Source: Alphaproteobacteria bacterium
GTDB taxonomy: Bacteria > Pseudomonadota > Alphaproteobacteria > Rickettsiales > SXRF01
Reading direction: 5' to 3'
NCBI GenBank assembly: GCA_025360605.1
Contig: JANYBV010000038.1
Location: forward strand, 12,449 to 76,448
DNA: 64,000 bases
Below the pieces are notes generated by a model. The model searched no databases. It was not told where the DNA came from and was given only the letters and a program-made list of their open reading frames with translations. Each line of letters opens with the position of its first letter. Positions within the stretch are counted from its first letter, which is position 1. The position numbers and the translations under genes were made by a program. Shown in pieces: positions 34,433-44,378 of this stretch.

Positions 34433-34753
34433 ATGAAACGCTTTCATATCTCCATTGCCGTAGCTGATTTTTCTGGCTCCGTCGCTGATTACAGCGCACG
34501 CCTCGGCGGCAAGCCGTGCGTGGTGAAAGAAGGGCGCTATGCGCTGTGGCGCACCGATCTGCTCAATTTTTCCATCAGCTGCAAACCAGAGCAACCGGTT
34601 GGAGTTGTGCGCCATATCGGCTTTGAGGACGATAGCGAAAACGGATTCAGGGAAGAATGTGATGCCAACGGCATCACATGGGAATATTTTTCCAAGGACG
34701 CACAGCAAAAAGAAATCGAGGAGAAATTTCCGGATGCGAGGCATACGCCATGA
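34433..34753 (+). CDS. Small hypothetical protein (possible VOC/glyoxalase-like fold)
   Basis: 106 aa from ATG 34433 (MKRFHISIAVADFSGSVADYSARLG). The track ORF start 34298 would overlap the methyltransferase. ATGA overlap with the next gene. Confidence 0.5.
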   Translation: MKRFHISIAVADFSGSVADYSARLGGKPCVVKEGRYALWRTDLLNFSISCKPEQPVGVVRHIGFEDDSENGFREECDANGITWEYFSKDAQQKEIEEKFPDARHTP

Positions 34754-35256
34754 CGGCTGATATCACCTACCGTTTCCTGACACCCGATGATGCCGCTGTG
34801 TTCCGCGAGCATAAGCTGCGCAGCTTCAAAGAAGAACCCGCCTCGTTTTTTTTCACGGTCGGTGAAAAAATCAATCAACCGATAACGCATTGGGAAGCGA
34901 TGCTGAAGCGCGACTATAATATCGGCGCGTTTGTTGACGGCCAGCTCGTGGGTACGTCCGGACTCTGGCCGGAAATCGGGGTCAAAATCCGCCACCGCGG
35001 GTATCTGGGCGCGGTGTATATGATCCCCGAAATGCGCGGCAAGGGCATTGCCCGCGCCATGATTACCCGCCTGCTCGACAAGGCGAAAGAAGCAGGACTG
35101 GAACTTGTGCGCCTGAGTACCGATGTCAGCAATCCGGCCTCCGTAGGATTATATAAGTCGCTGGGCTTTCAACCGTACGGCATGGAACAAAAATTTCTGA
35201 AACTAGAGGACGGCACCTATGTGGATGAAGTCATGATGATTCTTTTTTTGAAGTAG
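34750..35256 (+). CDS. GNAT-family N-acetyltransferase
   Basis: 168 aa from ATG 34750. [21 protein letters not shown] acetyl-CoA-binding motif. Confidence 0.85.
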   Translation: MTADITYRFLTPDDAAVFREHKLRSFKEEPASFFFTVGEKINQPITHWEAMLKRDYNIGAFVDGQLVGTSGLWPEIGVKIRHRGYLGAVYMIPEMRGKGIARAMITRLLDKAKEAGLELVRLSTDVSNPASVGLYKSLGFQPYGMEQKFLKLEDGTYVDEVMMILFLK

Positions 35257-35260
35257 CCTT

Positions 35261-36763
35261 ATGCCCTATAACTCCTTGCGTGATTTTATCGAAAAACTTG
35301 AAAAAACCGGACGCCTCGTGCGGGTGAAAGAACCCGTATCGACCGAACTGGAAATGACGGAAATCGGCACCCGCCTGATCGCTGAAAATGGCCCTGCCGT
35401 GCTGTTCGAAAACGTCATCCATCAGGGCAAGCCGCACCCGATGCCGGTATTGATCAACCTGTTCGGTACGATCGAGCGCGTGGCGTGGGGTATGGACCGC
35501 GAGCCATCGCAACTACGCGAGGTCGGCCAGACGCTCGCCTTCTTAAAACAACCCGAACCACCCGAAGGCTGGAAAGAAGCATGGGCCATGCTGCCACTAC
35601 TGAAATCGGTGATGAGCATGAAACCCAAAACAGTTTCGCGCGCACCCTGTCAGGAAGTGGTGCTGACGGGCGAGGATATCGACCTTGGCCTGCTGCCCAT
35701 CCAGACCTGCTGGCCCGGGGAACCAGCACCGCTCATCACGTGGCCGCTGATTGTCACCAAAGGCCCGACGACGGACAAGGAAGATAATTACAATCTCGGC
35801 ATCTACCGCATGCAGGTGACGGGCAAAAACACGACGCTGATGCGCTGGCTGAAACATCGCGGCGGGGCGCAGCAACATGCGCGCTGGGCGAAGGAGAAAA
35901 GAGAGCCCTTCCCCGCCGCTGCCGTCATTGGCGCTGATCCGGCCACTATTTTAGCCGCCGTCACACCTGTGCCGGATACGCTGTCGGAATACCAGTTTGC
36001 CGGATTGCTGCGTGGGTCCAAGGTCGAGCTGGTGGATTGCAAAACCATCCCGCTGAAAGTACCCGCACAGGCTGAAATTGTGCTGGAGGGCTATGTCAGC
36101 CTTGATGAATATGGTGATGAAGGCCCGTACGGTGACCATACGGGCTATTATAATTCGGTGGAGCCGTTTCCGGTCTTCACCATCACCGCCATCACCATGC
36201 GTCAAAAACCCCTGTACCTCACCACCTATACCGGACGCGCACCCGATGAACCGTCGGTGCTGGGCGAAGCACTCAACGAAGTATTCATCCCCCTGCTCCA
36301 GCAACAATTTCCTGAAATTGTCGATTTCTGGCTGCCGCCGGAGGGGTGTTCATACCGCGTGGCGGTGGTGTCGATTAAAAAAGCCTACCCCGGACACGCC
36401 AAGCGCATCATGATGGGTGTGTGGTCGTTCCTGCGCCAGTTCGTCTATACGAAATGGGTGATTGTGGTCGATGACGATATCAACTGCCGCGACTGGAAAG
36501 AGGTGGTCTGGGCGATGTCCACACGCATGGACCCTGTGCGCGATTTGACCTTAATTAAAGATACACCAATCGATTATCTCGATTTTGCCTCCCCTGAATC
36601 GGGCCTCGGCGGCAAGGTGGGCATGGATGCCACCAATAAATGGCCGCCGGAAACCAACCGCGAGTGGGGTAAAAAAATTGTTATGCAACAAGATGTTGTT
36701 AAAAAAATTGATCAAATCTGGAGCAGTTTAGGTCTCCCTGGAGCCGGCAAAGCCATCTGGTAA
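35261..36763 (+). CDS. ubiD: UbiD-family decarboxylase (4-hydroxy-3-polyprenylbenzoate decarboxylase)
   Basis: 500 aa. [26 protein letters not shown]... and a UbiD-type core. Confidence 0.9.
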   Translation: MPYNSLRDFIEKLEKTGRLVRVKEPVSTELEMTEIGTRLIAENGPAVLFENVIHQGKPHPMPVLINLFGTIERVAWGMDREPSQLREVGQTLAFLKQPEPPEGWKEAWAMLPLLKSVMSMKPKTVSRAPCQEVVLTGEDIDLGLLPIQTCWPGEPAPLITWPLIVTKGPTTDKEDNYNLGIYRMQVTGKNTTLMRWLKHRGGAQQHARWAKEKREPFPAAAVIGADPATILAAVTPVPDTLSEYQFAGLLRGSKVELVDCKTIPLKVPAQAEIVLEGYVSLDEYGDEGPYGDHTGYYNSVEPFPVFTITAITMRQKPLYLTTYTGRAPDEPSVLGEALNEVFIPLLQQQFPEIVDFWLPPEGCSYRVAVVSIKKAYPGHAKRIMMGVWSFLRQFVYTKWVIVVDDDINCRDWKEVVWAMSTRMDPVRDLTLIKDTPIDYLDFASPESGLGGKVGMDATNKWPPETNREWGKKIVMQQDVVKKIDQIWSSLGLPGAGKAIW

Positions 36764-36830
36764 CCTCATGATATTTAATCACTGCCTTGGTAAGTGCTTT
36801 TTAACACTCCTGCTGTATGCTTAGGATCAT

Positions 36831-37880
36831 ATGCAAACATCATCAGTCGCCATGACCCAAGAACACGATACGCAGAACGACATCGGCTTTGCCAAGCAAG
36901 CGTTGTTGCTCATGCAAAAATATAATATTTCACCGGCACCGGAAAATTATACGGTGTGGTTCCACTATGCGATCGGCAAAAATAAAGAGCTGATGCGCGA
37001 AGTAGACAATATCGTCAATAACTCGGTCGATTTTACGCAGGAAACCTGCTCGTACCTGCACAATAAATTCATTATGGCCAGCCGCAACCAAAAGGTGGTG
37101 GACGAGTCTGCCATCACTGCCCAGAAAATTCTGGTCGATGTGCTAAAAGTGATCAATGAATTCGGCAGCGAAACCGAGAATTACAACGAGGGCATCGACC
37201 AGTATATGGAAACGCTCTCTAAACAGATCGGTGATGCCAGCGTGAAAAATGTGGTAAAAGAACTGATCAGCGCCACCGCCAACCTGAAAATCCGCGGCAA
37301 TGACATCAGCAAAAAACTGGAAGAATCCACCAACGAAATCAGCGTGCTGAAACAAAGCCTGAAACAGGTGACCATTGAATCGCAGCGCGATTTCCTCACC
37401 GGCGTATACAACCGTAAAACATTTGAAAAATACGTTGATGACCAGATCGACCTCAGCCGCAAAACCAAAAGCGATTTGTGCCTGATGATGATCGATATCG
37501 ACCATTTCAAACAGTTCAATGACCGCTTCGGCCATTTGCTCGGCGATGAAGTGCTCAAAATTTGCGCAAAAACCCTGACCGAACTGCTAAAGGGGCGCGA
37601 TATAGTGGCGCGCTTTGGCGGTGAGGAATTCGTGGTAGTGCTGCCGGAAACACCGATTGAAGGCGCAATGAAAGTAGCGGAAATGACCCGCATGGCCGTC
37701 GCTGGAAAAGAACTCAAACGCAAAGACACCGGCGAAAACTACGGCACGATTACCGTATCGATCGGTGTGGCACGTTTCCGTCCGGAAACCGACACATTGC
37801 CATTACTGATTAAACGTGCGGACGATGCGTTGTATGTGTCCAAACATAATGGCCGCAACCGCGCCACCCGCGAACCGTAA
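36831..37880 (+). CDS. Diguanylate cyclase (GGDEF domain) with an uncharacterised N-terminal helical domain
   Basis: 349 aa. DHFKQFNDRFGHLLGDEVL and RFGGEEFVVVLPET. Confidence 0.9.
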   Translation: MQTSSVAMTQEHDTQNDIGFAKQALLLMQKYNISPAPENYTVWFHYAIGKNKELMREVDNIVNNSVDFTQETCSYLHNKFIMASRNQKVVDESAITAQKILVDVLKVINEFGSETENYNEGIDQYMETLSKQIGDASVKNVVKELISATANLKIRGNDISKKLEESTNEISVLKQSLKQVTIESQRDFLTGVYNRKTFEKYVDDQIDLSRKTKSDLCLMMIDIDHFKQFNDRFGHLLGDEVLKICAKTLTELLKGRDIVARFGGEEFVVVLPETPIEGAMKVAEMTRMAVAGKELKRKDTGENYGTITVSIGVARFRPETDTLPLLIKRADDALYVSKHNGRNRATREP

Positions 37881-37970
37881 CATTATAATCACTTCCAGAG
37901 TTGCCTGCTGACAACTCTACGAAGCACAGCTCAAGACTGACTCGGCCTGCTGGCCTCGCCCCTCTCCTTT

Positions 37971-38711
37971 TTATGCCATGTATAAGCCGCCGTTGATATG
38001 CAGCGTCTGTCCGGTGATGTAGTTGGCGGCATCGCTGGCGAGGTATAATGCGCCCGATGCAATTTCATCGGGTGTGCCCATTCGCCCCAAAGGAATATTC
38101 TGGTTGATACGCGCTTTCTGGTCATCGTTCAGTACATCGGTCATGTTGGTGGCGATAAATCCGGGGGCAATGCAATTCACTGTAATCCCGCGCGAGGCGA
38201 CTTCCTGTGCCAGTGATTTCGCCATGCCGGTCAGTCCGGCTTTGGATGCGCAGTAATTCATCTGCCCCGGATTGCCGGTATGGCCAACAACAGAGGTAAT
38301 GTAAATGATGCGGCCAAAGCGGCGTTTGACCATGCCGCGAAGTACCGTGCGGGTCATTTTGTAGCTGGCGGTGAGATTGAAATCGATTACCTGTTGCCAC
38401 TCTTCATCTTTCATGCGCAGCGCGAGATTGTCTTTGGTTACGGCTGCGTTGCAGACCAGTATGTCGATCTGCCCGAGTTTTTCTTCCGCTTCCTTAATCA
38501 GGTTTTCTACTGTGTCGAGCTTCGAGAGATCGCACGCGATGGAGATAACATTGCCGCCGAGTTCGGCCGCGAACGCTTCGAGCTTTTCGATGCGGCTGCC
38601 GGAGATGGCGAGCTGTGCGCCCGCAGCGTGCAGCGTTTTAGCGATGGAACCGCCGATGCCGCCGGTGGCACCAGTGATGAGTGCTTTTTTACCTGTAACT
38701 GAAAATGTCAT
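37971..38711 (-). CDS. fabG: 3-oxoacyl-ACP reductase
   Basis: 246 aa from ATG 38711 (MTFSVTGKKALITGATGGIGGSIA). The YxxxK motif appears as YCASKAG. Confidence 0.93.
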   Translation of the reverse strand: MTFSVTGKKALITGATGGIGGSIAKTLHAAGAQLAISGSRIEKLEAFAAELGGNVISIACDLSKLDTVENLIKEAEEKLGQIDILVCNAAVTKDNLALRMKDEEWQQVIDFNLTASYKMTRTVLRGMVKRRFGRIIYITSVVGHTGNPGQMNYCASKAGLTGMAKSLAQEVASRGITVNCIAPGFIATNMTDVLNDDQKARINQNIPLGRMGTPDEIASGALYLASDAANYITGQTLHINGGLYMA

Positions 38712-39196
38712 AACTGGAATTTCCCTGTTCCTCTCCAACGTTTGCTTTCTCCACCGCTTCCGCGAAGGCTGGTGCCTTGTAACGTATGTAAATCCGGCAT
38801 GCCTATCGCCTCAATAACGGCCTGATGCGCACGACCAAACTCATTTTTTATTGCTGTCGCTTCTGCATCCCATGTATCGCGAATGGAGTCATCTACTTTT
38901 CCTGCCAAATCACCTATTGGCTTTGCAATATACAAACCGCTAGCATTAGACTCAACCTCATAGCCCTCGGGAAGAACCATTTCTTTCGTCAACGCGCCAA
39001 GGTATTTTTCCTGATAGCGCTTCGCTTCGCTGACGCGATAATTCAGTTTCGAAGTCATCGCATCGGTATCCACTTTAATTATTGCAACCAACTCATCTTT
39101 TTCCGCATCTGCGACTAATTGGACAAGCGATACCCCTAAGCCGTTGGCCTCGACATTTTCATTGATAAATTTGGAATATCTGTACTTAGGTTGCAT
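38708..39196 (-). CDS. Hypothetical protein inserted between fabD and fabG
   Basis: 162-aa ORF with no recognisable motif. ATGA overlap with the fabG start. Hand-sampled lines are AT-richer than those of fabD and fabG. Confidence 0.55.
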   Translation of the reverse strand: MQPKYRYSKFINENVEANGLGVSLVQLVADAEKDELVAIIKVDTDAMTSKLNYRVSEAKRYQEKYLGALTKEMVLPEGYEVESNASGLYIAKPIGDLAGKVDDSIRDTWDAEATAIKNEFGRAHQAVIEAIGMPDLHTLQGTSLRGSGGESKRWRGTGKFQL

Positions 39197-39230
39197 GCAC
39201 TTCCAGCTTTCTTATATGGACTAAAGTGGA

Positions 39231-40172
39231 TTACTCTACCTTAGCGAAGGCTTCTAAATCTGCCGGAGTGGCGACATTGAAAGTTTCCATCTCGGCTTCA
39301 ATGCGTTTAACCAGACCGGATAATACTTTACCCGCACCGATTTCCACCACGCGGCCCACGCCTTGCGCTTTGATGTACTGAATCGATTCGCGCCAGCGCA
39401 CCATGCCGGTCACCTGATCGACGAGCAGGCGCTTGAGCACCTCCGGATCGGATTCGGCAGCAGCGGTGACATTGGTAACAACGGGCACGCTTGGAGTAGA
39501 GAATTTAGCAGCCGACAATGCTTCGCTCATGACGCCCGAGGCGGCGGCCATAAGCGGACAATGGAACGGTGCGCTGACTTCCAGCATGATCGCACGTTTG
39601 ATACCTTTAGCCTTGGCAATTTCAATCGCACGTTCAATCGCGGTTTTTGAACCGCTGATTACCACCTGCCCCGGTGCGTTATCGTTCGCCACGCAACATA
39701 CTTCATCGAGCGCGGCTTCTTTGGCAATGTCTTCGGCTGCGGCATAATCCGCGCCGAGTAACGCCGCCATCGCACCACGACCAACGGGCACCGCCTGTTG
39801 CATCGACTTGCCACGAACACGCAGCAAACGCGCTGTATCGGTGAGGCTGAGTGCGCCTGCCGCACACAATGCACTGTATTCACCGAGCGAATGTCCGGCC
39901 ACGAAACTTGCATCTTTAGCAACGGTGAAACCGAGTTCGCTTTCCAGCACTTTCATCACCGCAATCGAGGTCGCCATGATGGCGGGCTGGGCGTTTTCTG
40001 TCATGGTGAGGATATTTTGCGGACCATGGAAAATCACCGCCGACAATTTTTCGTTGAGGGCGGTATCAACTTCTTCAAATACCTGACGGGCAACAGCGTA
40101 TTGGTTGGCCATTTCCAGACCCATGCCAATGACCTGCGAACCCTGCCCAGGAAAAAGCAGCGCTTTTTTCAT
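39231..40172 (-). CDS. fabD: Malonyl-CoA:ACP transacylase
   Basis: 313 aa from the internal ATG (MKKALLFPGQGSQVIGMG). GHSLGEYSAL active-site motif. Confidence 0.93.
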   Translation of the reverse strand: MKKALLFPGQGSQVIGMGLEMANQYAVARQVFEEVDTALNEKLSAVIFHGPQNILTMTENAQPAIMATSIAVMKVLESELGFTVAKDASFVAGHSLGEYSALCAAGALSLTDTARLLRVRGKSMQQAVPVGRGAMAALLGADYAAAEDIAKEAALDEVCCVANDNAPGQVVISGSKTAIERAIEIAKAKGIKRAIMLEVSAPFHCPLMAAASGVMSEALSAAKFSTPSVPVVTNVTAAAESDPEVLKRLLVDQVTGMVRWRESIQYIKAQGVGRVVEIGAGKVLSGLVKRIEAEMETFNVATPADLEAFAKVE

Positions 40173-40463
40173 TTTCTGTCCTTTTGCTTTGGTTGTTTTG
40201 TCCATAATATGAAGTCAGGATGATTAATGGAATTCGCTGCGCGTGGCAAGAATTAGTGCGGATGTGATCGCAGGTATCTCCGGACGCAAACAGCATTTAC
40301 AAGGAAAAACCATGTTTTTTCAATGAATAAACAAGCTTTTGTAAAAACGATACGGAGGCGGAATCATTCAAACACCGGATATTCATTAATTTTCACTTGC
40401 GTTCACCCCAAAACTGGCTATTAGTTATAGCCCTTTTACAGTTACACATAGGCTGGTCAACGC

Positions 40464-40499
40464 AAACCACACCAGAATATGATGATTTTTCAGTGGTTT
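40464..40499 (+). promoter_or_regulatory. Hairpin in the rpsF 5' leader (candidate S6:S18 autoregulatory element)
   Basis: AAACCAC (40464-40470) pairs with GTGGTTT (40493-40499), just upstream of the AGGAG Shine-Dalgarno. Confidence 0.3.
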
Positions 40500-40518
40500 G
40501 AATCAGGAGTTATAGGCT

Positions 40519-40920
40519 ATGCCTCTTTACGAAAGTACCTTTATTACCCGTCAGGATTTATCCCGTCAGGATATCACCAAAATCACCGACAGCTTCGTGT
40601 CCATCGTGGAACAGGGCGGCGGAAAGATCGTAAAAAATGAATATTGGGGTCTGCGCAATCTTGCGTACCGCATCCGCAAAAACCGCAAAGGTCACTATGC
40701 AATGCTCGCGATCGACGCGCCAATTGCAGCAGTGAAAGAAATGGAACGCAACATGGGTATCAACGAAGATATCATCCGTGTACTCACCGTTCGCGTGGAA
40801 ACCATCGAAGAAGGCCCGACAGCTATGATGCAGCAGTCACGCTCACGCGATGATTATGTTGCCGATACCGAAACAACCGACGTAGTTGTTGTCGCCGCCG
40901 CTGAAGAAACATTGAATTAA
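40519..40920 (+). CDS. rpsF: 30S ribosomal protein S6
   Basis: [18 protein letters not shown]... 133 aa. Confidence 0.95.
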   Translation: MPLYESTFITRQDLSRQDITKITDSFVSIVEQGGGKIVKNEYWGLRNLAYRIRKNRKGHYAMLAIDAPIAAVKEMERNMGINEDIIRVLTVRVETIEEGPTAMMQQSRSRDDYVADTETTDVVVVAAAEETLN

Positions 40921-40940
40921 GCTTACAGAAAGCAAAATAT

Positions 40941-41201
40941 ATGGAAAGAACACAGCAATCAGATACCGGCGGTCAGGGACGTAAAGTTTTCTTCCGTCGT
41001 AAGAAAACCTGCCCACTCACCGGCACCAACGCACCGAAGATCGACTACAAGGACATGAAATTGCTTCAGCGTTTCATTTCCGAACGTGGCAAGATCCTGC
41101 CAAGCCGCATTACCTCGGTTTGCCATAAGAAACAGCGCTCCCTTGCAACCGCTATCAAACGCGCGCGCAATATCGCTCTCTTGCCGTTCGTCACGAAATA
41201 A
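40941..41201 (+). CDS. rpsR: 30S ribosomal protein S18
   Basis: 86 aa. [26 protein letters not shown]. Confidence 0.95.
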   Translation: MERTQQSDTGGQGRKVFFRRKKTCPLTGTNAPKIDYKDMKLLQRFISERGKILPSRITSVCHKKQRSLATAIKRARNIALLPFVTK

Positions 41202-41296
41202 GCATCTTGCGCACGCGCGGGGTGTCTGTCTTCAGATGACCGGTTGAGTATTGGCGGTTTTCCTGCTAGTAGCTTCTTACCGTAAACCAAGCGCTG

Positions 41297-42229
41297 TTGT
41301 TACCGATGCCTAAAGCACTGATATCCGCTTTATTAACCGGGTTGCTTTCGAGCGCCCTGTTTCTTATTGTGTTCGGAACCGGCCTTGGCTTTGTGTTCAT
41401 GTTCCTGCCCACCCTGCCATTGTTTTTCCTGGGCCTGAGCCGCAAATCACAGATGAATCATCTGGCGATTATTTCGGCCGCGATCTTTATCTCGATTGCA
41501 GCAGGCGAGGCATCGGGAATTTTATTCCTTATATTCCTTGGCTTCCCCACATGGTACTTTGCCAAAAAAACAACGCTGTGTGCAAAACGCCCTGAATTAT
41601 CCGATACGGTCTGGTTTCCCCTCGGCACGATCCTCCTGAACCTCACGCTCTATGCGTGTAGCCTGATCGCCTTGATGACATGGTATTACCACGATGAAAC
41701 AGGTGGACTGCCGCAACTGCTCGCCGAAAATATCCACGAGGCCTTCGCCGACCTTGAAGGTGATTACGGCGATATCATCAGCCGCATGGCCAACGGCTGG
41801 TCGTTCCTGATGTTCCCTATTACCATCTGGCTGTGGGGCATGCTGCTGTATGCGCATGCGTGGCTTGCCAACCGTGGCCTGAACAAATACCACGGCAATA
41901 CCCGCCCCGACATGACAATACAGCCATTTCCTATACCGAGCTGGATGCTGACCCTGCTGGCGATCTGCGCGCTGGCGACGCTGATCGGCGGAACATCTAT
42001 GAGTTTCTTAGGGAAATCGAGCCTGTTATCGCTGATGCTGCCGTATTTTTTCCTCGGCTGCACGCTGATGCACCGCGCCTGCAAATCATGGCCAAGCAGC
42101 CGTTTTTTCATATTTTTTATCTATTTTCTGATCTTCACCCAGTTTTGGCCGGTGCTGATCCTCGCCTTTCTCGGCCTATGGCACCAGATTAAAAGCTTGT
42201 CAGGCAGCGGCACTTGGTCTAAAAGCTAA
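41297..42229 (+). CDS. Polytopic membrane protein (DUF2232-like by position)
   Basis: 310 aa with about 8 hydrophobic segments. From memory, a membrane protein recurs between rpsR and rplI in alphaproteobacteria. The start is either TTG 41297 or ATG 41306. Confidence 0.7.
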   Translation: MLPMPKALISALLTGLLSSALFLIVFGTGLGFVFMFLPTLPLFFLGLSRKSQMNHLAIISAAIFISIAAGEASGILFLIFLGFPTWYFAKKTTLCAKRPELSDTVWFPLGTILLNLTLYACSLIALMTWYYHDETGGLPQLLAENIHEAFADLEGDYGDIISRMANGWSFLMFPITIWLWGMLLYAHAWLANRGLNKYHGNTRPDMTIQPFPIPSWMLTLLAICALATLIGGTSMSFLGKSSLLSLMLPYFFLGCTLMHRACKSWPSSRFFIFFIYFLIFTQFWPVLILAFLGLWHQIKSLSGSGTWSKS

Positions 42230-42322
42230 CTCCCCCGATGCACTCCATGGTGGAGCAAGCCTCGGGAAGCGGCCCAGATAAAGGGTTTATGCTTATAAGA
42301 ATACCATATAGGAGTTACCATC

Positions 42323-42781
42323 ATGGAAGTCATTCTACTCGAACGCATCGCACGCCTCGGCAACATGGGCGAAATTGTAAAAGTACGCAACGGTTATGCG
42401 CGCAATTTCCTCCTGCCACAGAAAAAAGCCCTCCGCGCTAACGAAGACAGCAAAAAAGTCTTCGAAGAACGCCGCCACATCATTGAAGCAGAAAACGCGA
42501 AGACACGCGGTGAAGCTGAAGCACGCGCACAGAAACTCAACGGCATGACCGTGACCATCGTGCGTCAGGCCAGCCAAGAAGGTAAACTGTACGGTTCAGT
42601 TACGGTTCGTGACATCTCCGAAGCCCTCAAGGAAGCAGGCCATGAAATCGCCAAGAGCCAGATCATTCTTTCCACCATCATCAAGACCACCGGTGAATAC
42701 CCTGTGCGCCTTGCGCTGCACGCGGAAGTGACCGCTGTGGCTACCCTTAAAGTCGCACGTATCGAAAGCGACGCGGCATAA
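42323..42781 (+). CDS. rplI: 50S ribosomal protein L9
   Basis: MEVILLERIARLGNMGEIVKVRNGYARNFLLPQKKA. Confidence 0.95.
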   Translation: MEVILLERIARLGNMGEIVKVRNGYARNFLLPQKKALRANEDSKKVFEERRHIIEAENAKTRGEAEARAQKLNGMTVTIVRQASQEGKLYGSVTVRDISEALKEAGHEIAKSQIILSTIIKTTGEYPVRLALHAEVTAVATLKVARIESDAA

Positions 42782-42791
42782 GACAAAGTTG

Positions 42792-42848
42792 CCAGTTACC
42801 AGTTGCCAGTTGGTGCTAATTAGATTGTAATAGCACTCTGGTAACTGG
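42792..42848 (+). other. Compound stem-loop with CCAGTT repeats between rplI and dnaB
   Basis: CCAGTTACCAG (42792-42802) pairs with CTGGTAACTGG (42838-42848). Inner stem GTGCTA (42813-42818) pairs with TAGCAC (42831-42836). CCAGTT occurs three times in direct orientation. Confidence 0.55.
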
Positions 42849-42864
42849 TAATCGGAACCAACCT

Positions 42865-44355
42865 ATGTCATCCCTGCTCCTCGAAAAAAATCCTGAAATA
42901 TCGACGGTTCAAACGCCGTACCGTCTGGCACCGTGTAACATCGAGGCGGAACAGGCGCTGCTGGGAGCATTGCTCGTCAATAATGATGCACTCCAATATA
43001 TCGGCGATCAGCTTAAATGTGAGCATTTCCACGAACCACTGCACGCGCGCATCTTTGATGCCATCCAGAAATTCAGCACCAAGGGGCTGATCGCCAATCC
43101 GGTGACACTGAAACATTATTTTGATCAAGACGAAGCCTTAAGCGATATCGGCGGCGGCGCATACTTGGCCAAGCTGGCAGCGGCAGCCGTGACCGTGATC
43201 AATATCTCCGATTACAGCAAAATGATCCATGATCTGGCGCTTAAACGCCAGCTGATCCTGATCGGCGGCGAGGTCGTCAACACCGCCTACCAGCAGCAGA
43301 TTGAAATTCCTGCTATCGAGCAAATCGAATCGGCCGAACAGCAACTGTTCAACCTGTCGATGGCAGGCACCGGCGATAAAGGCTTCCGCGCCATCCGCCA
43401 CTCGATTGTCAATGCCATCAAACAGGCGGAACACGCCTTCATGCATCAGGGCGTGGTCGGCATTTCCACCGGACTGAACGACCTGAACAACATGCTCGGC
43501 GGGCTGCAACGTTCCGATCTGCTCATTCTTGCCGGACGTCCGTCCATGGGTAAAACCGCACTTGCGGTGAACGTCGCCTATAACGCCGCGCTGTCGCTGG
43601 TGCAAGATGCCAAGGCCAAGGGCCTGACCGCCAAGGAAGCCGGCAGCGTCGGATTTTTCTCGCTCGAAATGTCAGCTGAACAGCTCACAATCCGTATGTT
43701 GTCATCAGCCAGTGAAATCAACTCCTCCAAAATTATCCACGGGAAAATCTCGCAGGATGATTTTGCCAAGCTGGTGCGCACCAGTAATGAAATGTCCACC
43801 CTGCCGTTTTTCATCGACGACACCCCCGCCCTGTCCATCGGCTCCCTGCGCGCACGCGCACGCCGCCTGAAGCGCATGCACAATTTGAAACTTATCGTGG
43901 TGGATTACCTGCAACTATTGCGCGGCAGCACCGCCGCCTCGCAGGCTAACCGCGTACAGGAAGTCTCGGAAATTACTCAAGGCCTGAAAGCCATCGCCAA
44001 GGAACTCGACCTGCCTGTCATTGCACTCTCGCAGCTGTCGCGTGCGGTTGAGCAACGCGAAGACAAACGTCCGCTGCTGTCGGACTTGCGTGAATCCGGC
44101 TCCATCGAGCAGGATGCCGACGTGGTGATGTTCATTTACCGCGAGGAATATTATCTCTCGCGCAGCATGCCCTCGATGGAAGACGATAAAAAATTCCAGA
44201 AATGGCAGGAAGACATGAACCGTGTGATGAACGTATCGGAAGTCATCGTCGCCAAGCACCGTAACGGCGCGATCGGCACAGTGAAGCTGCGCTTCGACAG
44301 CAACCTGACACAGTTCAGCAATCTGGCACAGGACGTCTATGAGCACAGGGATTAA
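42865..44355 (+). CDS. dnaB: Replicative DNA helicase DnaB
   Basis: 496 aa. PCNIEAEQALLGALLVNN N-terminus and GRPSMGKTAL Walker A. Confidence 0.97.
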   Translation: MSSLLLEKNPEISTVQTPYRLAPCNIEAEQALLGALLVNNDALQYIGDQLKCEHFHEPLHARIFDAIQKFSTKGLIANPVTLKHYFDQDEALSDIGGGAYLAKLAAAAVTVINISDYSKMIHDLALKRQLILIGGEVVNTAYQQQIEIPAIEQIESAEQQLFNLSMAGTGDKGFRAIRHSIVNAIKQAEHAFMHQGVVGISTGLNDLNNMLGGLQRSDLLILAGRPSMGKTALAVNVAYNAALSLVQDAKAKGLTAKEAGSVGFFSLEMSAEQLTIRMLSSASEINSSKIIHGKISQDDFAKLVRTSNEMSTLPFFIDDTPALSIGSLRARARRLKRMHNLKLIVVDYLQLLRGSTAASQANRVQEVSEITQGLKAIAKELDLPVIALSQLSRAVEQREDKRPLLSDLRESGSIEQDADVVMFIYREEYYLSRSMPSMEDDKKFQKWQEDMNRVMNVSEVIVAKHRNGAIGTVKLRFDSNLTQFSNLAQDVYEHRD

Positions 44356-44378
44356 ACAATACCTCCACCTGACCCGCC

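Noticed and set aside
42865-44355. Possible intein in dnaB
   Set aside because: The length (496 aa) and continuous helicase motifs are normal for DnaB, and no extra domain is present.
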